Made by a program: the position numbers and the translations under genes
DNA from: an uncultured Bacilli bacterium
GTDB lineage: Bacteria; Bacillota_I; Bacilli_A; RF39; UBA660
Direction: 5' to 3'
Assembly: GCA_947625715.1 (NCBI GenBank)
Contig: CANQPR010000002.1
Span: 1-33,487, forward strand
DNA: 33,487 bases
Shown: positions 16,208 through 22,987 of the stretch, in pieces
How positions within the stretch are numbered: position 1 is the first letter of the stretch
Layout: each line of letters begins with the position of its first letter
Notes under the pieces: generated by a model
Told to the model about the DNA's origin: nothing
Database searches by the model: none
What the model saw: only the letters and a program-made list of their open reading frames with translations

Positions 16208-16235
16208 AGTTTACATAATATCTATTATGTTATTT
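16208..16235. other. candidate dif (XerC/XerD chromosome dimer resolution) site
   Basis: AGTTTACATAA-TATCTA-TTATGTTATTT. The reverse complement of the left arm is TTATGTAAACT, the XerD arm of B. subtilis dif as I recall it. 6-bp AT-rich central region. Inner palindrome ACATAATA-TC-TATTATGT. Lies in a convergent ORF-free gap. Confidence 0.5.
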
Positions 16236-16363
16236 TTATGTATAACGATATTTATAAGCATTTATTACATATTATATCCTATATATTAAATATAAATTAT
16301 TTAAATTAAAATAATACAAATATATTAATCACTATCTAATTATTCATTAACTAAAACTTATTA

Positions 16364-16570
16364 AATTACAAATATTTATATATTGTAATTTGCATTGAAA
16401 TTATTTTTTATAGATAATTATCCATATGAATTTAAATTTTCAAACATCTGTAATTTGCATCGATTAAATATTTCATGACCAATATATCATTTTATATTAA
16501 ATTTAAAAACTCTAATTTGCATCGAATTCATAATTAACGGATAATTACCCATGTTAATCAAATTCATTAA
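16364..16570 (+). repeat. three diverged tandem units of about 63 bp with conserved core T(G/C)TAATTTGCAT(C/T)GA
   Basis: Cores at 16384-16400, 16449-16463 and 16511-16525 (offsets 65 and 62 bp). Units 1 and 3 also share GATAATTA(T/C)CCAT (16413-, 16540-). An 8-bp inverted repeat AATTACAA (16364-16371) / TTGTAATT (16383-16390) flanks unit 1. Confidence 0.6.
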
Positions 16571-16586
16571 AGTAGGGGTGTATTTT

Positions 16587-16618
16587 AAAAATAAACAAAA
16601 ATAGGGGAGATACCCCTA
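16587..16618 (-). terminator. rho-independent terminator of the HTH protein gene
   Basis: On the minus strand, TAGGGG-tatct-CCCCTA is followed by TTTTTGTTTATTTTT, starting right after the stop codon. Confidence 0.6.
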
Positions 16619-17392
16619 CTACACTTTTCTTGATTCAATTTCTGCTATTTTTTCAATTAATTCACTAGCATTTTCAGTTGTTATTTGGTCATAACCTAAT
16701 TCTTTTAAAGCTTGAATTTTTAAAGTATTAAGTTGTTGTGTCCTACTTAATTTATCTTCACTTTTTTGAGCTATTTCTTGTTCCCAACGACGATGCGATT
16801 CAACTAAACGACTACGTGAAGCTCCACCATTGTTATATAAATTCAAAGCAGAATATAATATACCTTCAAAAATAAATTGTTTATCTTCATTAAATTTATA
16901 CTCAGTTGGCTTTGTAAAACCAGTGGTTTTTGACATATAACCAAAAATATATTTTATCTCAGGAACATTGTCCATTGATTGTAACATATGATATAAATAC
17001 ACAAAAGCATTATAATTTTCATCGGCTTTTTTTTCATTTTCTAATTTTTCTTTTACAAGCAAAACAATATCATTTAATAATGTTTGAGCTTCTTTACTTA
17101 AATTTTTCAAATCTAAATAATTTTCCATTAAGCCAGGTTTTAAATTTTGATTTAAACGATTTTCTACATTCATTAAATAATCTGTAGTAACAGTTATGCT
17201 ATTAATAGTTTTTTCATCACCATCATTAATATCCAAAAGTTTTAATAATAATATTTTCTTTTCTTTTGGCCACTTATTAATATCATCTAATTCTAAGTAA
17301 TTGTATACCATTTGGCGGGATACTCCTAAATATTTAGCAAGACGCACTTTAGAAATACCTAATTCTTGTAATAATTCATTTAATCTTTTCAT
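16619..17392 (-). CDS. helix-turn-helix DNA-binding protein, C-terminal domain of unknown family
   Basis: The N-terminus LGISKVRLAKYLGVSRQMVYNYL is a classic HTH. The remaining ~200 aa are helical with no recognisable motif. Confidence 0.7.
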   Translation of the reverse strand: MKRLNELLQELGISKVRLAKYLGVSRQMVYNYLELDDINKWPKEKKILLLKLLDINDGDEKTINSITVTTDYLMNVENRLNQNLKPGLMENYLDLKNLSKEAQTLLNDIVLLVKEKLENEKKADENYNAFVYLYHMLQSMDNVPEIKYIFGYMSKTTGFTKPTEYKFNEDKQFIFEGILYSALNLYNNGGASRSRLVESHRRWEQEIAQKSEDKLSRTQQLNTLKIQALKELGYDQITTENASELIEKIAEIESRKV

Positions 17393-17424
17393 TTATACTC
17401 CTACTCTCTAATATTTACAAGTAT

Positions 17425-17454
17425 ATTATAATTCACTTAACACTTTAACGTCAA
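17425..17454 (-). promoter_or_regulatory. sigma-A type promoter of the HTH protein gene
   Basis: Minus strand: TTGACG (17454-17449), 18-nt spacer, TATAAT (17430-17425). Confidence 0.5.
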
Positions 17455-17471
17455 GTAAAATGTTAAAAGAA

Positions 17472-18581
17472 TTATAAATACCATAGTTTTTTATTATCTT
17501 TATAGATTTCTTTAATTACCCCACTACCAAGACATTCTTCGCCTAAATAAAAGACACAAAACTGGCCTGGTGTTACGGCTTTAACCCCATTTTTATATTT
17601 TACTAATATTTCTTTATTATCTAAGTATTCCAGCTCTACTGGTACATCTTTGCTTCGATATCGAAATTTTGCTGTACAAAAAGTGGGATGAACAGAACTA
17701 ATAAAATTAACATTTTCTAAAAGGCAAGAAGTACTTATTAAATAACTTTCATCATCTTCAAAAGCTACATATAAAATGTTTTTTAAAACGTTTTTCCCAC
17801 AGACATAATGTCTTTTTTGATATCCACTAATACCAACATTTTTTCTTTGCCCTATTGTATAATTCATAAGGCCCATGTGTTTACCTATTACTTCTTTGGT
17901 TGCTACATTAACTATATCCCCTTCTTTAGGCTGTAAATAATTTTTCAAAAATTGTTGGAAATTTCTTTCCCCAATAAAACAAATGCCTGTAGAATCTTTT
18001 TTATTTGCAACATTCAAATTCAAATCAAGAGCTATTTTTCTTACTTCTTCTTTCGTTAAATTACCTACTGGAAATAAAACATCTTTTAACTGCTCATTAC
18101 TTAATTGCGCTAAAAAATAGGTTTGGTCTTTATTAGTATCTACACCTCTTAATAATTTATTTTTTTCAATTCTTGCATAGTGTCCTGTTGCCATGTATTT
18201 AGCGCCCAATTTTAAAGCTTCTTTTTTAAAGACATCAAATTTAATATATTTATTGCATAATAAATCCGGATTAGGTGTTCTCCCCTTTTTTAATTCTTCC
18301 AAAAAATAAGTAAAAACATTATCCCAATACTCTTTTACAAAATCAACTCTGTGTAAGGGAATATCTAATATTTCACATGTTTTTTTGGCATCATTATAAT
18401 CTTGTTCTTGAGGACATATTTCTTCATTTAAAGTTGGATTACCTAAGGTATCATTGTTTACCATCGCATCCCAGTTGCGCATAAATAATCCTTCTACAAT
18501 ATAACCTTGGCGTTTTAACAAATAAGCACTTACAGCCGAGTCAACTCCCCCACTCATTCCGACAATAACCTTTTCTTGCAT
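17472..18581 (-). CDS. mnmA: tRNA 2-thiouridine(34) synthase MnmA
   Basis: PP-loop VGMSGGVDSAV, GHYAR, and catalytic Cys context. Full-length collinear with MnmA/TrmU. TGTTATAAT extended -10 at 18607-18615 (minus strand). Confidence 0.95.
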   Translation of the reverse strand: MQEKVIVGMSGGVDSAVSAYLLKRQGYIVEGLFMRNWDAMVNNDTLGNPTLNEEICPQEQDYNDAKKTCEILDIPLHRVDFVKEYWDNVFTYFLEELKKGRTPNPDLLCNKYIKFDVFKKEALKLGAKYMATGHYARIEKNKLLRGVDTNKDQTYFLAQLSNEQLKDVLFPVGNLTKEEVRKIALDLNLNVANKKDSTGICFIGERNFQQFLKNYLQPKEGDIVNVATKEVIGKHMGLMNYTIGQRKNVGISGYQKRHYVCGKNVLKNILYVAFEDDESYLISTSCLLENVNFISSVHPTFCTAKFRYRSKDVPVELEYLDNKEILVKYKNGVKAVTPGQFCVFYLGEECLGSGVIKEIYKDNKKLWYL

Positions 18582-18622
18582 TTATTACCACCATCCAATT
18601 TAGTATATTATAACAAAATCTT

Positions 18623-19198
18623 TTAAAGAAGAAAATGGAAAACCTTTAAAATATAACCGCCAAAAAAATAAATAAACACTTCATAAATTAATAATATTAT
18701 AATAAATACTCCACAAGTTTTTAAAACCCTTAAAATTTGCTTATCATTTTCTTTTTTATAAAAAATTCTTCCGCCAATTTGTCTAAATAAATATAAGCAT
18801 TTTTTAAAAATAATTAAAACAATGAAAATAAAAGGAACATGCAATAAAATTATATATAAAATAGAAAAGAAAAAACCACTTAGGGAAAACACCCTAAAAA
18901 AAGCCCCACTTATAAAACCTATAATAAATAATTCAATAAAAATGACAATTAAAAACAATGCTAAACCTAAGATTAAAAATGTTGAAAATATCAAAAAGAA
19001 AAGAATAAATAAATGAAAAATAATATAGATAAAGGGAAAAGAACTAATATTACTACTATAATAAATTAAATTACTTTGCAATAAATTACTATTTTTAATT
19101 CCCATATAAAATCCCATTCCAAGAGCTATTAATGAAAACACAGCTATAAATAATGACAAATATTTTTGCTTTTTATAATATTGAATTAATTTATTCAT
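18623..19198 (-). CDS. spoIIM: stage II sporulation protein M-like (DUF95) membrane protein
   Basis: Polytopic. The central block LGLALFLIVIFIELFIIGFISGAFF resembles B. subtilis SpoIIM LGLPLVLILLFLKGLVVGFTVGFL. Similar length and topology. Confidence 0.5.
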   Translation of the reverse strand: MNKLIQYYKKQKYLSLFIAVFSLIALGMGFYMGIKNSNLLQSNLIYYSSNISSFPFIYIIFHLFILFFLIFSTFLILGLALFLIVIFIELFIIGFISGAFFRVFSLSGFFFSILYIILLHVPFIFIVLIIFKKCLYLFRQIGGRIFYKKENDKQILRVLKTCGVFIIILLIYEVFIYFFGGYILKVFHFLL

Positions 19199-19274
19199 AA
19201 ATAGTAATCTCCTATAAAACTATATTTACTTTTATTTTAAAATATGATAAATTTATGTAACGAAAGGAGCAATA

Positions 19275-19370
19275 ATGAAGAAGAAAACAAGACAAATTGT
19301 TACCTGGATAACATTATTTATTATGGTAGGTGGTATTGTTCTTAGTATTGTTGCCTATACTTTGCAATAA
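19275..19370 (+). CDS. 31-aa small membrane protein (DUF4044-like)
   Basis: Hand-translated as MKKKTRQIVTWITLFIMVGGIVLSIVAYTLQ. AAAGGAG RBS, basic N-terminus plus one TM helix, with its own terminator immediately downstream. Not in the ORF track. Confidence 0.5.
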   Translation: MKKKTRQIVTWITLFIMVGGIVLSIVAYTLQ

Positions 19371-19377
19371 CCAATTA

Positions 19378-19408
19378 CTGGAAACCACTAATTTCCAGCT
19401 TTTTTTTT
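19378..19408 (+). terminator. rho-independent terminator after the small membrane protein gene
   Basis: CTGGAAA (19378-19384), 7-nt loop, TTTCCAG (19392-19398), followed by C and nine T. Confidence 0.7.
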
Positions 19409-19447
19409 GGCTAAAAACCCATAATAATTATAGGTAAGGTGATTTAA

Positions 19448-20431
19448 ATGAAAAAAGTATTAATTAGTTTTTTATTATGTTTTTTTCCTTTAAATGTCTA
19501 TGCCTATGCCAGTAAAGTTGTACTAGGAGGCGAAAATATAGGCATTAATATTACAACTAAAGGAATTTTAATTGTTGGTTTTTATCAAGTAAATGGTAAA
19601 TTACAAAAAGGTAATCCCGAATTACAAATTGGTGATGAAATATTAAAAGTAGCTAATGAAGAAGTTGATAGTATTGATAAATTAACCACGCAAATTGAAA
19701 ACAATATTGTAAATGATGCTGTAGTACTAACGGTTAAAAGAGATAACAGCCTTATTGATGTTACATTGCATTTAAATAAAATTGATGGAATTTATAAAAC
19801 TGGTCTTTATGTCAAAGATAACATATTAGGAATTGGAACCCTTACATATATTGATCCTTCAACAAAAATATATGGAGCTTTAGGGCATGAAATAATTGAA
19901 AGTAAAACTAAAAAGATGGTTGAAGTTAAAACCGGTAATATATTTGAAAGTACTGTAACTTCCATAAAAAAAAGTATTGATGGTGTGGCTGGTGAAAAAA
20001 ATGCTACCTTCAAATATGATAATATTTATGGTAACATTTTAGATAATACGCAAAACGGTATCTTTGGTTTTTGGCAAGAACAATTAAATAATAATGATTT
20101 AATAGAAGTTGCTGATAATAATGAAATTAAACTTGGTAAAGCAACTATGTATACTGTAACCAAAGAAAATAAAAAAGAAGCATATGATATAAATATTACT
20201 TCCATTCAAGATTATAATTCCACTAAAAATATGACTTTTGAAATAACTGATGAAGAATTAATTGCTAAATCAGGAGGAATAGTTCAAGGCATGAGTGGTT
20301 CCCCTATTGTTCAAAACAATAAAATCATTGGTGCGGTTACTCATGTCATAGTCGATAAACCTATCAACGGTTATGCGATATTTATTAAAACTATGTTAGA
20401 AAAAGGCGATGAAATTTCTAAGATTAATTAG
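19448..20431 (+). CDS. spoIVB: SpoIVB signalling serine peptidase (S55) with PDZ domain
   Basis: Signal sequence, PDZ segment (GDEILKVANEEV), His motif GALGHEI, and catalytic Ser motif GIVQGMSGSPIV. Confidence 0.8.
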   Translation: MKKVLISFLLCFFPLNVYAYASKVVLGGENIGINITTKGILIVGFYQVNGKLQKGNPELQIGDEILKVANEEVDSIDKLTTQIENNIVNDAVVLTVKRDNSLIDVTLHLNKIDGIYKTGLYVKDNILGIGTLTYIDPSTKIYGALGHEIIESKTKKMVEVKTGNIFESTVTSIKKSIDGVAGEKNATFKYDNIYGNILDNTQNGIFGFWQEQLNNNDLIEVADNNEIKLGKATMYTVTKENKKEAYDINITSIQDYNSTKNMTFEITDEELIAKSGGIVQGMSGSPIVQNNKIIGAVTHVIVDKPINGYAIFIKTMLEKGDEISKIN

Positions 20432-21311
20432 AATTATCAGGGCCTTTTTTAATTTTTATCGGATTAACATGAATAACAGCTAAGGAAATAGAAGGTATTT
20501 TCATCAATTCTTTTTCAATTTTATTAGCTATCTCATGACTTTCAAAAGTTGACATTTCCCCATCAACGAAAATTGTAAAATTAACTTGATATTGATATCC
20601 TACAGCTGTTGAATTAAAATGATTAACTTTCTTTACCTCGGGATACTTATCGATTATTTTATATACTTGTTTTTCGCTTTCCTTATCAATGGCTCTATCC
20701 ATTAAAACTCTATAAGCTTCAACAAAAATATTTATGCCCGATAAACAAATCCAAAAAGTAATAATTATACTAACCAAAGAATCAACAAAATATATTTGAT
20801 ATTTAGCCATAATAACGGCAATAAAAGTTCCAATTGACAATAAAAAGTCATTGCGATGATCAATTGAATTAGCTAATATTAGTAAATTATTGGTTTTCTT
20901 AGCAACTTTATTTGTATAAATAAATAATAATAATTTAATTAAAATTGTTATGCCACTTACTATGACAAGAAAAATTGAATAATTATAGCTACTGCCATTA
21001 AAAATAACTTTAATTGTCGATATAAATAATTTCATTGCTAAATATATCATTGAAATAGCGATAAAAATAGAAAAAATATACTCTGCTTTACCATACCCCA
21101 TATTATGAAAGTCATCTCGAGGCTTAGAAGCTATCTTATTACCAAAATATGTTAAACATGAAGATAATATATCCCCTGCACTATTCATAGCATCAGCTAT
21201 CATAGCATGCGAATTACTAAATAGTCCCACAATACTTTTAATTATTAAGAGAAAAAGATTGCCAAACAAGCCACTTAAACTAACACGCTTGGCAATTTTA
21301 TATCTATCCAT
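20424..21311 (-). CDS. cation diffusion facilitator (CDF) family metal efflux transporter
   Basis: Six TM helices, AMIADAMNSAGD and DHRNDFLLS motifs, and a C-terminal cytoplasmic alpha/beta domain. A GGAG RBS supports the ATG at 21311 (MDRYKIAK), which removes the overlap with proS implied by the ORF-track start at 21422. Confidence 0.8.
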   Translation of the reverse strand: MDRYKIAKRVSLSGLFGNLFLLIIKSIVGLFSNSHAMIADAMNSAGDILSSCLTYFGNKIASKPRDDFHNMGYGKAEYIFSIFIAISMIYLAMKLFISTIKVIFNGSSYNYSIFLVIVSGITILIKLLLFIYTNKVAKKTNNLLILANSIDHRNDFLLSIGTFIAVIMAKYQIYFVDSLVSIIITFWICLSGINIFVEAYRVLMDRAIDKESEKQVYKIIDKYPEVKKVNHFNSTAVGYQYQVNFTIFVDGEMSTFESHEIANKIEKELMKIPSISLAVIHVNPIKIKKGPDNSN

Positions 21312-21345
21312 TATTTTCACTCCTACTCTTACTTTATGTAAAAGA

Positions 21346-22752
21346 TTAGTATTGTTTGCCAAAATAAATTTTGACTTTTCCTTTTTTTCCGCAAATGGCA
21401 CAATTACCATCTGATTTTTCATCGATAATACATCTACTTTTTAAGCCAAAATCATTTTTTATTTTTTCTTCGCAAGCTTCATTTTCACACCAATTTATTT
21501 TAATAAAACCTGGTTTTAAAGCAAGTGATTTAAATTCTTCGTAATTTTTTGCCTCATATAACATTGAATTTCTTCTTTTTAAAGCTCTATTGTACATATC
21601 TTTTTGGATTGTATCTAATAATTCTTCAATTTTATCACTAGCTAAATCGACATTAACTTTTATTTTTTCTAAAGTATCTCTTCTTACAAGTGTTACTTCA
21701 TTATTTTTTAAATCGCGCATGCCTACTTCAACACGTATTGGAATACCTAATACTTCTGCTTCGGCAAATTTATAACCTGGTGATTTATCACTTACATCTA
21801 TTTTGTAGGTTACTTTTAATTTATCACTTATTTTATTGATTGCATTTTTTATTTCATCATCATTACTTATGGGAATAAATATTACTTTAGTTGGAGCAAT
21901 TTTCGGTGGTAAAACGAGTCCATTATCATCGCTATGAGTCATAATAACGGCTCCTATCATTCTTGTTGATGACCCCCAACTTGTTTGATAAGGATTTTTA
22001 TAAGTATTGTCTTTATCTAAAAACTTAATATCAAAAGCTTTAGCAAAGTGATTGCCAAAATAATGACTTGTTCCATTTTGAAGGGCCACTCCATCATACA
22101 TCATTGCTTCAATAGTATAAGTTTCAAGAGCTCCAGCAAATTTTTCTTTTTCGGTTTTTCTACCTACAATAACTGGTAAAGCTAAATCATTTCTTTGAAA
22201 GTCTTCATATACTTTTAACATTCTTAATGTTTCTTCTTTAGCTTCTTGTTCACTACTGTGCATGGTATGGCCTTCTTGCCAAAGTATTTCTCGACTCCGT
22301 AAAAAAGGACGGGTTGATTTTTCCCAACGAACTATCGTGCACCATTGATTATATAATTTAGGTAAATCTCGATAAGATTTAATTATATTTTTAAAATGTT
22401 CACAAAATAGTACTTCACTAGTTGGTCTTACACAAAGACGTTCATCTAATTTTTCTTCACCCCCGTATGTTATCCAAGCTACTTCAGGGGCAAAACCCTT
22501 AACATGTTCTTTTTCAATGTTAAGAAGTGATTCTGGGATAAATAAAGGCATTTGAACATTTTCATGATTAGTCATTTTAATGCGTTGATTTAAATTATTT
22601 TGAATTTCTTCCCATATTGCATATCCATTAGGGCACATTATCATACTTCCCTTGGTATTGGAATAACTAACTAATTTTGCCGTTAGACAAACATCAGTAT
22701 ACCATTTAGCAAAATCAACATCACGTGGCGTTATTTTATCTAAGGTGGCCAT
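21346..22752 (-). CDS. proS: proline--tRNA ligase, archaeal/eukaryote-like type
   Basis: N-terminal FAKWYTDV..., class II motifs, a C-terminal Cys-rich zinc domain, and a terminal Tyr (GKKGKVKIYFGKQY). A GGAG RBS supports the ATG at 22752 (MATLDK). Confidence 0.95.
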   Translation of the reverse strand: MATLDKITPRDVDFAKWYTDVCLTAKLVSYSNTKGSMIMCPNGYAIWEEIQNNLNQRIKMTNHENVQMPLFIPESLLNIEKEHVKGFAPEVAWITYGGEEKLDERLCVRPTSEVLFCEHFKNIIKSYRDLPKLYNQWCTIVRWEKSTRPFLRSREILWQEGHTMHSSEQEAKEETLRMLKVYEDFQRNDLALPVIVGRKTEKEKFAGALETYTIEAMMYDGVALQNGTSHYFGNHFAKAFDIKFLDKDNTYKNPYQTSWGSSTRMIGAVIMTHSDDNGLVLPPKIAPTKVIFIPISNDDEIKNAINKISDKLKVTYKIDVSDKSPGYKFAEAEVLGIPIRVEVGMRDLKNNEVTLVRRDTLEKIKVNVDLASDKIEELLDTIQKDMYNRALKRRNSMLYEAKNYEEFKSLALKPGFIKINWCENEACEEKIKNDFGLKSRCIIDEKSDGNCAICGKKGKVKIYFGKQY

Positions 22753-22753
22753 A

Positions 22754-22984
22754 TTATTCTCCTTCTTTAACTTCAAAGTCTTTTAATTCTTTGTTTTCAC
22801 TTAATATTTTATTTACTTGATTTGTTGCATTATCTAATTTTTCTTGACAAAATTTAATTAAATTCATTGCTAATGTATATTTGTTCATGGCTTCTTCTAA
22901 AGCAATTGAACCATTTTCTAAATCTTTAACAATTCCTTCTAAATCTTCTAAGGCATTTTCAAAAGTTTTTTCTTTTTCATTCAT
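22754..22984 (-). CDS. xseB: exodeoxyribonuclease VII small subunit
   Basis: 76-aa helical hairpin with the FENALEDLEGIVKDLENGSIALEEAM signature. Follows xseA. Confidence 0.85.
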   Translation of the reverse strand: MNEKEKTFENALEDLEGIVKDLENGSIALEEAMNKYTLAMNLIKFCQEKLDNATNQVNKILSENKELKDFEVKEGE

Positions 22985-22987
22985 AAT

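Noticed and set aside
16240-16300. Possible second dif-like sequence (TTTATTACATATTATATCC), which would indicate an integrated dif-exploiting element.
   Set aside because: It shares only a TTACATA core with the first site. It has no correctly spaced inverted half-site and no intervening genes.
16410-16555. DnaA-box, Fur-box or Zur-box readings of GATAATTATCCATATG and GATAATTACCCATG. Also tiny ORFs (MGNYPLIMNSMQIRVFKFNIK and MDNYL) that start at these motifs on the minus strand.
   Set aside because: TTATCCATA is one mismatch from a DnaA box, but the second copy has two or more mismatches and the context is convergent rather than origin-like. Alignments to the 7-1-7 Fur and Zur palindromes fail in the second half-site. 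The mini-ORFs have no RBS.
16364-16570. Degenerate CRISPR array, considered because the ~63-bp periodicity is CRISPR-like.
   Set aside because: There are only three units. The conserved core is about 15 nt, and the material between cores is itself related between units, so it is a tandem duplication rather than unique spacers. No cas genes, leader or palindromic repeat are present.
19420-19426. CATAATA as a sigma-G -10 element for spoIVB.
   Set aside because: There is no GHATR-type -35 at 17-18 nt, and the heptamer is expected by chance in DNA this AT-rich. It is not reported as a feature.
20424-20431. The 8-nt overlap of the convergent spoIVB and CDF 3' ends, considered as a possible sign of a frameshift or misassembly.
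   Set aside because: Both proteins appear full length with intact C-terminal domains. Short convergent overlaps are common in compact genomes.
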